DNA from: Podarcis erhardii
Taxonomy: Eukaryota
NCBI GenBank assembly: GCA_964252035.1
Contig: OZ176207.1
Reading direction: 5' to 3' (one strand)
DNA: 64,000 nt
A model generated the notes under the pieces. The model saw nothing but the letters and a program-made list of their open reading frames with translations, was not told the DNA's origin and did no database searches. Position 1 is the stretch's first letter; every line of letters begins with the position of its first letter. Position numbers and translations under genes: made by a program. Positions 50,038 to 62,862 of this stretch are shown piece after piece.

Positions 50038-50068
50038 CTTGTATTTGTGCCTCTCATTTTTTTTTGCC

Positions 50069-52333
50069 CTAGTGCAATACTTTACATTTCTCCCTGTTAA
50101 AATTCATCTTGTTTGTTTTGGCCCAGTTCTCTAATCTATCAAGGTCGTTTTGAAATGTGATCCTGTCCTCTGGGGTGTTAGCCGCCCCTCCCAGTTTGGT
50201 GTCATCTGCAAATTTGATCAGGATGCCCTTGAGTCCATCATCCAAGTCGTTGATAAAGATGTTGAACAAGACCGGGCCCAAGACAGAACCCTGTGGCACC
50301 CCACTAGTCACTCTTCTCCAGGATGAAGAGGAACCATTGATGAGCACCCTTTGGGTTTGGTCAGTCAGCCAGTTACAAATCCACTGAGTGGTAGCATAGT
50401 CAAGACCACATTTTACCAGCTTCTTTACAAGAATATCATGGGGCACCTTGTCAAATGCCTTGCTGAAATCAAGGTAGGCTACATCCACTGCGTTCCCTTC
50501 ATCTACCAGGCTTGTAATTCTGTCAAAAAACGAGATCAGGTTAGTCTGACATGACTTATTTTTCAGAAATCCACGCTGACTATTGGGGATCACAGCATTC
50601 CTTTCTAGGTGCTCACAGACTGTTTGCTTAATGATCTGCTCCAGAATCTTCCCTGGTATTGATGTCAGACTGACTGGGCGGTAATTATTTGGGTCCTCTT
50701 TTTCCTCCTTTTTGAAAATAGGGACAACATTTGCCCTCCTCCAGTCTGCCGGGACTTCGCCTTTTCTCCAGGAATTCTCAAAGATGACTGCCAGTGGTTC
50801 TGAGATCACATCTGCCAGTTCTTTTAATACTCTTGGATGCAGTTCATCTGGCCCTGGAGACTTGAATACATCTAGACTAGCCAAGTATTCTTGTACTATC
50901 TCCTTAGTTATTCTGGGCTGTGTTTCCTCTGCTGAATCATTTGCTCCAAATTCTTCAGGTCTGGCATTGTTTTCTTTATCGGAGAAGACTGAGGCAAAGA
51001 AGGCATTGAGGAGTTCAGCCCTTTCTGTGTCCCCTGTTTGCATTTCACCATCTTCTCCTCTGAGTGACCCCACTGTTTCTTTGTTCTTCCTTTTGCTACG
51101 AACATACCCATAAAAGCCTTTTTTGTTGCTTTTAACCTCTCTAGTAAGTCTGAGTTCATTCTGTGCTTTAGCTTTTCTGACTTTGTGTCTACACGTGCTG
51201 GCTGTTTGTTTGAATTCCTCTTTGGTGGTTTCCCCCCTTTTCCATTTTTTGTACACATCCTTTTTTAATCTTAACTCAGTTAAAAGTTCTTTAGATAGCC
51301 ACCCTGGCTTCTTTAGGCACCTTCCATGTTTCCGTCTCATTGGTATTGCCTGAAGTTGTGCTTTTACTATCTCCCTCTTAACAAACTCCCAGCCATCATG
51401 AACTCCCTTTCCTTTTAGTATTACTGTCCATGGGATCTCACCCAGCACTTCCCTAAGTTTTATGAAATCGGCTTTCTTAAAGTCAAGAAATTGAGTCCTA
51501 GTATGCTTGGCTGCTCCTTTCCACTGTATAGTAAACTTCAGAAGAGCATGATCACTCGCACCTAATGATCCTTCCACTTCTACCCCACTAACCAGGTCAT
51601 CAACATTGGTTAGGACCAGATCTAAAATGGCTGTTCCTCTTGTTGCTTCTCCCACTTTCTGGACAATGAAGTTGTCTGCAAGGCCAGTGAGGAATCTGTT
51701 TGACCTTATGCTCTTGGCTGAGTTTGACATCCAACAAATATCCAGGTAACTGAAGTCCCCCATTACTACTATCTTCCTTCCTTTTGCATGCTTGGCCATG
51801 TGTTCCAGGAAGGCATCATCTATGTCCTCCATTTGGCTTGGGGATCTATAGTAAACTCCCACAGTGAGGTCACTGTTATTCTTCTCTCCCTTAATTTTGA
51901 CCCAAATGCTCTCACTTTGGCTTTGAGGTTCTAAATCTTGGATCTCTTCACAGGTATACACATCCCTGACATATAACGCCACTCCTCCTCCTTTCTTGTC
52001 TGGTCTGTTTCTCTGAAATAGATTGTATCCCTCCATTATTACATTCCAATCGTGGGACTTATCCCACCAGGTTTCAGTGATACCTATTATGTCATATTTA
52101 GTTTGCTGTACCAAGAGCTCAAGCTCATCTTGTTTATTTCCCATGCTTTGCGCATTAGTGTACAGACATTGAAGTCCATTAATCATTCCCCTGTGTCTCT
52201 TATTTAAGGATTTTTTTCCTCCCACCACTAGGTCTGCGTTCTGTTTGCTCCATTTGGTCAATGACATTTGGATGATCATCTTCATCAATTGATAGACTCC
52301 TACCTTCAGGAGCACTGTCTCCCTCCCCCACAT
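50069..52333 (-). CDS. CR1 ORF2: apurinic-like endonuclease plus reverse transcriptase, prematurely terminated (754 aa)
   Basis: EN motifs YTNAQS, GITETW, GDFS, LDLVLTN, SDH; RT motifs [31 protein letters not shown]; stop after KCKVLH. Confidence 0.95.
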   Translation of the reverse strand: MWGRETVLLKVGVYQLMKMIIQMSLTKWSKQNADLVVGGKKSLNKRHRGMINGLQCLYTNAQSMGNKQDELELLVQQTKYDIIGITETWWDKSHDWNVIMEGYNLFQRNRPDKKGGGVALYVRDVYTCEEIQDLEPQSQSESIWVKIKGEKNNSDLTVGVYYRSPSQMEDIDDAFLEHMAKHAKGRKIVVMGDFSYLDICWMSNSAKSIRSNRFLTGLADNFIVQKVGEATRGTAILDLVLTNVDDLVSGVEVEGSLGASDHALLKFTIQWKGAAKHTRTQFLDFKKADFIKLREVLGEIPWTVILKGKGVHDGWEFVKREIVKAQLQAIPMRRKHGRCLKKPGWLSKELLTELRLKKDVYKKWKRGETTKEEFKQTASTCRHKVRKAKAQNELRLTREVKSNKKGFYGYVRSKRKNKETVGSLRGEDGEMQTGDTERAELLNAFFASVFSDKENNARPEEFGANDSAEETQPRITKEIVQEYLASLDVFKSPGPDELHPRVLKELADVISEPLAVIFENSWRKGEVPADWRRANVVPIFKKEEKEDPNNYRPVSLTSIPGKILEQIIKQTVCEHLERNAVIPNSQRGFLKNKSCQTNLISFFDRITSLVDEGNAVDVAYLDFSKAFDKVPHDILVKKLVKCGLDYATTQWICNWLTDQTQRVLINGSSSSWRRVTSGVPQGSVLGPVLFNIFINDLDDGLKGILIKFADDTKLGGAANTPEDRITFQNDLDRLENWAKTNKMNFNREKCKVLH

Positions 52334-52336
52334 TAG

Positions 52337-52720
52337 TCAGTTTAAAGCCCTCCTGATGAGGTTTCTGAGATTTTTGGCAAAAACATTCCTCCCAACCGTT
52401 GTGAGGTGCAGCCCATCGCTTGCCAGAAGTCCATCTTCAAGAAACTGCAGTCCGTGATCTAAGAATCCAAACCGTTCCTGTTTACACCATTTGCGAAGCC
52501 AGCTGTTCACTTCCACTATTTTTTCCTCTCTCCCTGGGCCACGTCGTTCAACTGGGAGGACAGATGAGATGACAATTTGTGCATTTAATTGCTTCAATTT
52601 CCTGCCCAGAGCCTCGTAGTCTCTTTTGATCTTCTGGAGGCTATTGCTTGCAGTGTCATTGGTTCCCACATGAACCAAGAGGAAGGGGTATTTGTCAGTG
52701 GGTTTTATGATTCCTTGCAG
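52337..52720 (-). pseudogene. CR1 ORF1 C-terminal SGNH esterase-like fragment
   Basis: LLVHVGTND (block III) and DGLHL (block V); truncated at the element's 5' break. Confidence 0.88.
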
Positions 52721-53740
52721 GTGTAATGGTCAGGTGTATTTTACACTAGGTGCTGCTCATATGCTAGTTGTGTTCTCTTCTACCTAGTAGGTAGAGGTGT
52801 ACGCTACATCCATTTTGACAACCAGGAAATAGCTCCTTAATCTTCCAGTTGGTCAGCTCCAAGCACAATGCAAGGTGCTGACCTTTGAAGCTGTGAAGGC
52901 TTTGATCCTGCAGTATATTTTTGACTTCATTTTATTTCCATTCCTAAGAATTTGGGTAGGGGGTGATGCAAACTTTATAAGCTCATCAAGGGATTGATGA
53001 ACTCTGAAGTGTGGAGTAAAGGAATATGCAAGTAGCTTGGAACTGACCCTCATTCCTGGTCTGAAGTTGTGTGCATGTGCGAAGTTTATGGGGACTTACT
53101 GGAAACCATTCAAACCTGAAGACTGGTTCTACAAATGTATTGCTAAAGAGATCAAAAGCTGCAGTCAGTCACGTTTGGAACAGCTCTAGATTCTGCTTTC
53201 ATTCGGGAGCTGGTTCATTAAAGTAAAACTGTGTTTGCTGTTATTCAGAGTCTCTGCTTCTGTTTGATTTGGCCCGTTCATCCGTTCTTATGAATCACTG
53301 CTCACAAACAGATTTGTGAATGGGTTTCTATTCATACCAGAATGGCTCTTACACCTCAAATAATCATGTCATTATGTTTAAGAAAGTTGTTGTGTTGTTT
53401 GGTTAAGGAGGGGGGTTCACAAATATTTTCCCTATTGATTGTTGTTGTTGCTGCTGCTGCTAAACTATTTCCCCCCAAATTATTATCCAGTCAATGTTTA
53501 GATCAGGGTGGCATTCACTTAATGAACCCCATAGGCAAAAGTCTTGCACATGGATGCCCAAATGGGCAATGGAGCTTTTCCACCTCTTCTTCTCCTGCAC
53601 ATCTCCTGAAATTGGTTTAGTGGGGTCTGCAGAACCCTCAAACAGTGCACCGGGAAAAAGAAGGGGGATTGTCCCATCTGGCAAGCTGCAATGGTTGTGC
53701 AGATGAAATGTTCATCACAGCATTATGTTGAATTCCACCC

Positions 53741-53836
53741 TATGACTGGGGAACCTGTGCCCAGTCAGATGTTTTTGGACCACATCATCCCTGACTGTTG
53801 GCCATGCTAACTGGGGCCATAGGCTTCCCATCGCTG
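53741..53836. repeat. Short palindromic MITE-like repeat
   Basis: ggggaacctgtg ... cataggcttccc inverted ends; same family as 1433-1562. Confidence 0.45.
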
Positions 53837-54735
53837 ATATAGACTTAGGTACATTCCTGTATAACACGAATAGCATATTAGACTTCCTTCTTAATGAGGA
53901 TGTGAGTGACATGCTTAGTAAATAGCTGACATCGTCAAACTTTCCCCACAAACTTAATGCAAACAGATCAGGATGAATGCTCAATCAACAGGTTATCTGG
54001 AAGTGCCCCAAAAGTTGTACAGTTTTGTGTGTGTGTATGTTTTAATGAAGTGTGTCTTTGCTTTATTATCTGGTCCCCATCCTTTCACAAGCAGCAAGTG
54101 GCAAGGTGTCCTCTATTTCCCTTGATCCAGGCTGCCAAGGGAGTTTTGGAAAGCTCTGTATTACTCTGGCTTACTTTGGTATCCTCTGCTGGCAGGAATT
54201 TGGCAGGAAGTCATAGCTTTCTGCCTTGGCTGAAGTAGCGCTGACGGACAGTCGGGGGAAATGAACAGCTGTCTCTTCCGAGGGTTAACCTATCCTGTGG
54301 AGACCAGCAGGTCAGGCTGTGACGGGGAGGGATTGCTCCTCTATCTGATGATTAGAACAGGTGAAAAGGAAGGTGGCCTTATGAGCCTGTGGAAGATAAC
54401 GTACACAGATGAGCATTTCAGTATGACAAAAAAGGGCAAAGTGGGAACTAGAGCTGTTCCACCTTACAGAATATTCATTTAAATAAAAATAAAAAGGAAC
54501 CCATATAGAGTAGTAGGTAGGTAGAGCCAAGTAAATGAATTAGGATTGTTAAATGCTGCAGGAGTGTAATAAAACATTGGTGAGGAAAGTGTGGGCTCCG
54601 GAGCCATCGTATGTGAAGTCACACACATGCGATGCACATACTGGCCCCCCAATATGTGGTGCAAGTTGGCACCTCTGATGGGTAGTATTCTTTTACTCAG
54701 AGCAGACACATTAATGGACATGACTAGGTTTGGCC

Positions 54736-55360
54736 CCAGAAATGGAGGCAGTGAGAGATTTTACTTTCTTGGGCTCCATGATCACTGCAGATGATGACAG
54801 CAGCCACGAAATTAAAAGGCGCCTGCTTCTTGGAAGAAAAGCAATGACAAACCTAGACAGCATCTTTAAAAGCAGAGACATCACCTTGCCAACAAAGGTC
54901 CGTATAGTTAAAGCTATGGTTTTCCCAGTAGTGATGTATGGAAGTGAGAGCTGGACCATAAAGAAGGCTGATAGCCGAAGAATTGATGCTTTTGAATTAT
55001 GGTGCTGGAGGAGACTCTTGAGAGTCCCATGGACTGCAAGAAGATCAAACCTATCCATTCTGAAGGAAATCAGCCCTGAGTGCTCACTGGAAGGACAGAT
55101 CCTGAAGCTGAGACTCCAATACTTTGGCCACCTCACGAGAAGAGAAGATTCCCTGGAAAAGACCCTGATGTTGGGAAAGATGGAGGGCACAAGGAGAAGG
55201 GGACGACAGAGGACGAGATGGTTGGACAGTGTTCTCGAAGCTACCAGCATGAGTTTGACCAAGCTGCGGGAGGCAGTAGAAGACAGGATTGACTGCCTGG
55301 CGTGCTCTGGTCCATGGGGTCACGAAGAGTCGGACACGACTAAACGACTAAACAACAACA
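54736..55360 (+). mobile_element. RTE-BovB LINE 3' fragment (625 bp)
   Basis: Open frame FLGSMIT...EIKRRLLLGRKAM...FELWCWRRLL...RQRTRWLD; (CAA)n tail; exact 10-bp TSD aggtttggcc (54726, 55361). Confidence 0.94.
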
Positions 55361-55409
55361 AGGTTTGGCCAATTAATTTCAATGTGCCTACTCTGAGTAA
55401 AAGTTAGTT

Positions 55410-55557
55410 GAATATTATCCTAAATGTTTGCATTAATTTTTTAATCTGTGATATTTTAGTGTATTTCTGGTTTTTATGGAAGCCGCCCAGAGTGGCTGGG
55501 GAAACCCAGCCAGATGGGCGGGGTACAAATAATAAATTATTATTATTATTATTATTA
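55410..55557 (+). mobile_element. L2 3' terminal fragment with (TTA)n tail
   Basis: gccgcccagagtggctgggga...ccagatgggcgggg, the reverse complement of the end at ~33630-33680. Confidence 0.7.
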
Positions 55558-58500
55558 AGATTGATGGAATGTTTTTATTGCCAATGTCAGCTGGTGACGT
55601 TTTTATTTCCCCCGCTTCCTTTCTTTTTGTTATATTTGGGAATAAAAAAATAAAATGGGGGAAGGAAAGAGCTAAGATTAATTTTAATCTCCTCACAACA
55701 GCATTTAGGCCACACTTTACAAGCCCACTGCCAAACATTTACCTGTTTGCGGATATCAGGCTATGCAGCCATATCTATCCTGTCTTAAACTAAGAGTAGA
55801 ATTTGATAGATTGAATGGTTCCTGGCAGACAAAGGTTAAATAAATATTTAAAATTGGTTCACACCATCTCCAAAAGCAACACCAACAGTGATAACATCTA
55901 AAAGTATATACATCTGATCAATTTTTGTGTGTAAAAAAAATGTGTTGACAAAACAAGAAATTGAAATAAATATGCATGGCACAAACACACCTTGCTGTCA
56001 ATATTTTCAAATTAGAGATTTTATGAATAAGATATGTCAAGCTAAAAACAAGTTACATTCTGTAAACAGTTTTGAATTATTCATGCTTAAGGTTCTACAA
56101 GCCCCCCCACAACAACAACAACAAAAACCTGATGAAATATATTAAAGTGGAAAGAAAAAACTCACACAAATCTGTAAGTTTCTGTGGAATAATAGATCTT
56201 TATTTTTCCTGTGGGCTAGTCTCAAAGAAAATTGCTATATGATCATATGACAATGCTATGTATTGCCTTGGAGACTACATAAGATGTATGGAATGTACAA
56301 TGGGAAGTGTAAGAAATGCCTCAAAACAAATGAGACATTTTGATTTATCGGGGCAGCAATGTCTGGTGGTTCAGAAATGTGCGGAATTGGTCTGTTAAGG
56401 TAATATGTGAGCTCATTGTTTTAAGGGTTCTCACTCTAGTCTAGGTTTCAGACTACTCTGATCCCAGATCTGAAGTGCTGTTGCACTGCCTGCTAAGCAG
56501 GTTTTCCACAGAACAGGAGCTCTTGATTCTTTGCGCCTCCCTTGACTTGCAAAAGCAAAATTAATTATGCAGCAAAAAAAATAAAATAAAATGGATAGGA
56601 ATGTTCTTAATTTCAATAATTTTTACAGACAGCAGCAGCCAGTGAAGCAATTCATTGGTGGCCAATGTCAGCCACCGCTGCTGGACTGTGGTGGAGGGAG
56701 GGAATATTCTCAAGCTTACCAGCAGCTGATGGGAGTTGGCATTGGAAGGAAGGGGTGTCTCACTGGGGACCTTGCAAGTGTACAGCTGCCACCTGGCTAG
56801 TCACTCTCACTGATGGCAGTAGCCCATTTGTGACCAAGAAAGTGACTAGCTGGTCAGCAACAGCAAGTAGCTAGAGTGATGACTGAGGTGTCCCATCTGT
56901 CTAGGCTAGTGCCTAGACTAGGCTAGTGCCTTCTTTGGTAAGGATGGGAATTCTCCACCTTACCTTGAAAGCCAGGGTGGCTGCAGGTCTGAGGGGACCC
57001 TTTGCAAAGTGGCTTATGGTGGGCTTCCTTCTATATCAACAGACCCCTTACACCATGGGTTGACAAAGCAGAAGCATGGAACCCCTATTATAACCTCTCA
57101 CAATGCCCCACATTGGCACTATATTTTGGAAATTAAAATGGTGGCTCCCCTAGACATAGCCACCCAGCATTAGTTAAAAGGGGACCCTGGACAGGAGTCA
57201 GCAGAAGGCCCAACCATGACTCTCGAGCCCCCCAAAAGTGCCCAAGGGTGCTCTGTATTGATAATGGGCCTGTCAGTCACCTCACAGCCATGACCAATGA
57301 TTCTCGCTAACAAACCATATCACCAATTGTATACAAACTGGCAGGATTCAGCTTTTCTGAGTGTCCAGTTTAGCATATAAATATTGAAGGCTGTATACGC
57401 TATAATGTGTGTGTGTTAAAAGAATAGACACAGAAATCAAGCTAGCTATAAGTGATTTCCATAATCGCTTCATGAATGTTACATTGGAGGCAGTCAGTCA
57501 GTTGCTGGCTTTGCCTATTTAACCTGTCATGCCCTTTAAAAAGCTGCATAAATAAAATAAAATGACTCATCATTATCCCTTAAATGGTTTTGTTATACGG
57601 GTATACTTTATTACAGTCAAGGTAATAGAATGTGAGGTATTAATGGAATGGTATGACAAGCAGGGAACGTTGCTTCAGATATATTATAACTTCAGTGAGA
57701 GACAGTTTGAATCTGTGGGGAAAGTTGGCTTCCACCTACCCCCCATTGCTACCTTACTCTCCTGCCACCCCCCTCCCTCATGGCCAGCCACCCATGCTTT
57801 GGGGATAAATGTTCAAAATCAACCCAGCAGGGAATAAGGCATAAAAATGTCATTAACTTGAATAGAAAATGTGTGTGTAATTCCTCAGTGACAACTGTCT
57901 TGGCTGTGTCAGAATTGCGCAATTTGTATTGACCTAGTTGAATTTCTTCCCCTCAGCATCTGAAACTTACCCAATTTCCTGCAGGAATGTGTCTGCACAG
58001 TTTTAAGTCTAGTTTACTCATTAATGCTTCAATCGTTTCGACCACAAAGGAAAAGACACATGAAAGTGAAAATGTACCTTTTTTTCACAGCAGGGAGCCT
58101 TCATAATGAAAACCTGGCAAGCACACCTGAAGAGAACAGTAAAGCTTCCACAATTTACATATGAGGGCTGTACAGCTTTTCTTCTCCACAAGAAAGAATA
58201 AAAAGAAAAAGCTACAGCACAAAAGGAAGATAAAGATGAAATGTCAGTCATCTTGGAGGCAAGGTTACCATTAGGATATCATTGTTGTATCTTGAGTTTA
58301 TGAAACAGACAGACTCTGTTTACAGTATTAGTATTCTCATTCTTGTTATCATTATTATCACTTTTATTTATATACGGCTCCCAAAGTAGTTACATTTAAC
58401 TACAGAAGAATCCTATACAGGTATTCTCAAATGCAAGTCTTATTGAGTTCAATGAGGGCCCGCTCCTAGGAACATGAGTAGAGAAATGCAGTTGAGATTT

Positions 58501-58754
58501 CATGGGCCTCAGGTGAGATTGCTAGAGATTAACTACATTAAAGAGGCAAACATGCTGCCATTTACTATAAAAGAAAGCTACTTGCCAGTTATTTATGAGT
58601 CTATTTTTATCACCACAGAAGGCACCATTGGAATTGTCTTTCCTAGGTACCCACATAGCCTCCAGTAGAGTTGGTAAACCTGTGTGTGGTGATTTCTAGT
58701 TTCTCTGCTAGAGGATATTGTTAATGAAAGGGATGCCTTGAAGGGGTACCATAG

Positions 58755-58917
58755 TCGCTTTTCGCCGCTTCTGTACATGCACGTGACGTCATTTTGAGCA
58801 TCAGCGCATGCGCAAGTGGTGAAACCTGGAAGTAACGCGCTCCGTTACTTCCGGGTTGCCGCGGAGCGCAATTCGAACGCGCTCAACTTGAAGCAAATTT
58901 AACCCGAGGTATGACTG
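58755..58917. mobile_element. Tc1/mariner-type MITE family 3, one end only, CpG-rich
   Basis: Right end aacccgaggtatgactg|TA; internal perfect 10-bp hairpin ggaagtaacg/cgttacttcc. The left boundary is approximate. Confidence 0.65.
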
Positions 58918-59536
58918 TATACACTTCTGAAGGCCTGGGCCACTCCCACTCTCAACGTGATTGGCTGTCTAAACTCCCAAGCGGCAAATCATAACTCAGA
59001 GTTTAAGGGCCAATGGCAGTAGCCCAAATCCTGAAATGTTCTGTGATTGGATATCATGTATCCAATCAGGGGCTCAGAATGCTTAGTCCAGACTGAAGCT
59101 CAGGCAAACACAGACCACTGGATGTATAACAGGTATCATACCCTAAACCCCCCCTCCACACAAAAACTGAAGCTACTGCTGACTCCCCCTCAGTCTTTCT
59201 TAGCACAAGATAATATGGTTGTCATGATCCCTTTGTTCAGCAGCCATCTGGGCACAAAGTTAGAAGTTTCATGCCAGTGGCACAAGATGAGGAACTGAGT
59301 ACAAAATGTTGAAAGGTGGGGCGAGAATACCTGAAGAAACTGGAGGTGGGGCCAGAGGCATGGTCCCACGTCCTCTTCCATATGTACTATATTTGGGGTT
59401 GGAGGAGAGGACGACAGGCAGGCTAATAACAACACATATCAGAATCACCCTAGTTTCGAAAATCAGGTGATTAGACTGAGCCAATCCCCTTCTCTAAATG
59501 TATGATGCAGTATGTACTGAGAGAGATTATCAGGTA

Positions 59537-59778
59537 CAGTGGTACCTCGGGTTACATATGCTTCAGGTTACATACGCTTCAGGTTACAGACTCCGCTAAC
59601 CCAGAAATAGTACCCCAGGTTAAGAACTTTGCTTCGGGATGAGAACAGAAATCGTGCTCCAGTGGTGCGGCGGCAGCAGGAGGCCCCATTAGCTAAAGTG
59701 GTGCTTCAGGTTAAGAACAGTTTCAGGTTAAGAACAGACCTCCGGAACGAATTAAGTTCTTAACCTGAGGTACCACTG
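59537..59778 (+). mobile_element. Tigger-like MITE family 1, copy E
   Basis: TA TSD, TIRs, two 16-bp internal repeats. Confidence 0.92.
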
Positions 59779-61703
59779 TATTCCTGTGTGGCCATCTGCT
59801 GCCCACTCTGCTCCAGGGACTTAATATCTCTGCACCTGAGCACCCTGGGTAAGGTAACTTACAGTCTGATATTTCACCTCTGCACTAAATATCCCAAATT
59901 TCCATGGTTTGACCCAAATGTAAATATGGCCAGGATGCTCAGCTAAATGAGACTGTATTTCTGCATGTCATATTTGTATAACATAATGAAAAACAATGCT
60001 TTGTTTTTGGTCAGGCTCTGGGGTGGGTTTTTGTTTTTGTTTTTCTTGGTTCTCGTTTTTTTCTTGAAGGAAGGAACAGATGGTGAGAACAACTTGAAAA
60101 TCAAATATGTCTAGATATAGAAACTGAATTTATTCGGATAACTAAATGCAGAGGACATTCAAAGTCAGGCAGAGGTGAATAAAACAGACAGTCAGGATCA
60201 GGATCAGGATTAATCCAAATGTAATACTGTACATCAAAATTGTTTAAAAATTCACAAAGGTAATCATGTCTTCGAGGGTGAACTGGCATTTGCAAACTCT
60301 TTTTGAGTACTCCGAATTTCAGTGTGTCAAAAGCTAAGGGTAAAGAGGGGGTGGAATGTTTGCATTATGTTCTTGTACAATTCCTCTCTAACATCTGGTA
60401 TTGTCTTAGAATCGAACTTATGTTTCCATTTTGCTGCAATATAATTCAGTTGTCTTCCCTTCTGGCTCTGGACTGAGTTAATATAATCAGATTCATTGAG
60501 CATCAGGACTTGGAATACACTTGACCTCAGAGGGAAAGGTCAGTGTCTCTGTCACTAGAAAAAAAAGTTAACACAACCCACCAGTTTAATCAGCATAATT
60601 GCATTTCCCATTATGGTAATCACTTCCATTGTAGCAGTATCTAATTTGTATCTTTGTCCAAAATCTATAGTAGTCATTTCTCCCTAGTCCTTTATTATTA
60701 TTATTATTTGGAGAGCATCAAATAGCATGACTGAGGCTCAGTCCCTAGAGTTAGCCTTATAGCAAGAGATAACACACTTCTCCACCACCCACCCTGTTTC
60801 ATTCCTTTAAAAAAATCCTTTTTTTTTTAATCTCTTACAGTAAAAAAGAAATGATGGTGTGCAAAAACATTAAGAAGCCCAGCTCCTACATGGTAAGAAG
60901 ATGATGCTTCATTTGCATATGTAGACATCTATATTCTTCCTTCCTGTTACATCACAGATGGCCTTAAATTTTCCTGGCTCAAGGTTGTCCTTTGATTGGT
61001 ATTCAAGTGGAGTTGTAGAGTGTGTGCTTCCTAATCCCTGCAACACATGGTAATTTTTTCATTCTCTCCCATGCTCCACCTGTTCCATGGTCCAGTGGAG
61101 GGCTGCAAATCCTATCAGGGGAGCACAGCACTGCTATAAGCCCATTTCCCTGGCTCCAGTCCATCTCATGTGCACTCAGGCTGCAGAGTGCCAAGCCAGC
61201 TGCAGCCAAACGATCATGTTATCAGATGACGGATTGCTTCATATCAGGTGTTTAAACTGATGAGCTGCCCCATCTGGTAAATGATTTGGGGAGTCTGGCC
61301 CGCTTGATGAATTAGAAAGTGACAATGCCAATCAGCGTGACCCCTGCAGCTTCTCCGCTGCCAAACACAGCAGCCGCAATCAAGAGGAGCTCGCCAAATT
61401 TACTTTCCCAATCCTGTGCCACTGTAGTGACATTTGGTCAGTTGTCACCCAGTTATCCCTGAATTATGTAACAAATCCAAATATATCCGTTGTTTAACAT
61501 TTCGTGAAACTTGAGGTTTTCGCACACGGGTCCCATATAGCCTGCTCAACTGACACAACGTTGTATAACTGTATAGCTCTAGCATTTCTTTCGGAACAAA
61601 GATGGATGATGATGCTTCCTATTGGGACGATCAGCAGATATAAAGGGCTGTTATTGTTCTTAGCCAGTGATGTGACCCCAGGTTTAGGGTGGTATCTAAA
61701 TTC

Positions 61704-61704
<1 letters not shown>

Positions 61705-61734
<30 letters not shown>

Positions 61735-61752
61735 AAGAAGAAGAAGAAGAAG
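61705..61752. repeat. (AAG)n microsatellite
   Basis: Direct reading. Confidence 0.97.
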
Positions 61753-61815
61753 CTTGTATTTTAAATATTTAAAAATTGGTTAAAATATTGATTCAACGTC
61801 TGAAGTGTGTCAATA

Positions 61816-62041
61816 CAGTGGTACCTTGGGTTACATACGCTTCAGGTTACAGACTCCGCTAACCCAGAAATAGTACCTCGGGTTAAGAACTTTGCTTCAG
61901 GATGAGAACAGAAATCTTGCTCCGGCGGCACGGCAGCAGCAGGAGGCCCCATTAGCTAAAGTGGTGCTTCAGGTTAAGAACAGTTTCAGGTTAAGAACAG
62001 ACCTCCGGAGCAAATTAAGTACTTAACTTGAGGTACCACTG
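61816..62041 (+). mobile_element. Tigger-like MITE family 1, copy F
   Basis: TA TSD, TIRs, one 16-bp internal unit. Confidence 0.92.
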
Positions 62042-62255
62042 TACAGTTCTTGATGATGATGATGATAGAATCCTCAGAATAATAATTGTATTCTGGAACT
62101 AAGAAACACCTCACATAAGAAATCTCCACTTGCAAACCATCCCACGGTTAGGCTGCTCAAATCCCAAACGAGTCAATAACCTGTGAGTCCCACTGAAATC
62201 ATTCAGTGGGACTTAAAGCATAGCTGATTTTCTCTTGGTCACTAAGGGTCAATTG

Positions 62256-62291
<36 letters not shown>

Positions 62292-62660
62292 ATACTGCCA
62301 TTCATCCGAAGACCTCAGCATGATTCACAAGATACAGGATAGAAGCACAAAAGAAGTAGTTAAAACAAAAACTAAGCAATAATCTCCCCCTCCCACAAAT
62401 ACTTTTAAAAGGCCATAGAATATTCATCCACCAAAGGCCTGGTTGAAGAGGAACATTTTCACCTGGCGCCTAAAGGTGCATAATGAAGGCGCAAGACGAA
62501 CCTCCCTGGGGAGAGCATTCCACAAACAGGGAGCCACTGCAGAAAAGGCCCATTCTTGTGTTGACACCCTCTGGACCCCTCCTGGTGGAGGCACACAAAG
62601 AAGGACCTCAGATGGTGACAGCAGAGCCTAGGTTGGTTTATATGAAGAGAGTCGGTCCTT
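62256..62660 (-). mobile_element. L2 3' fragment with (CAAT)n tail
   Basis: The minus strand encodes WAFSAVAPCLWNALPREVRLAPSL; (GATT)n at 62256-62291. Confidence 0.7.
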
Positions 62661-62862
62661 TCCAATTGCATCTTCGCTATTTCATTTATGAACCATACAG
62701 CATATTTTTCTTTAACCTGCCTTTGCTCCCAGGATCCCTTGGGAGAAAGGCTAACAATAATTATAGATATACTTTGTTTTGTTGTGCTTCATTTTATTGT
62801 GCTTCACAGTTATTGCTCCTTGCAAGGACGTGAGAAGCCTGGCCACTTCCACCACCACCCCT

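Larger units (their letters stand above)
49342..52720 (-). mobile_element. Young CR1 LINE, 5'-truncated within ORF1 (~3.4 kb)
   Basis: (ATTCTATG)n 3' tail at ~49342-49361, ORF2 EN+RT, end of ORF1; no TSD found, which is usual for CR1. Confidence 0.96.

Noticed and set aside
49321-52740. TSD for the long CR1
   Set aside because: The two flanks share no matching repeat.
54711-55262. 183-aa minus-strand ORF (and 40831-41154)
   Set aside because: Antisense shadow of the BovB ORF.
56901-56930. 13-bp repeat ctaggctagtgcc x2
   Set aside because: Tiny local duplication with no other supporting structure.
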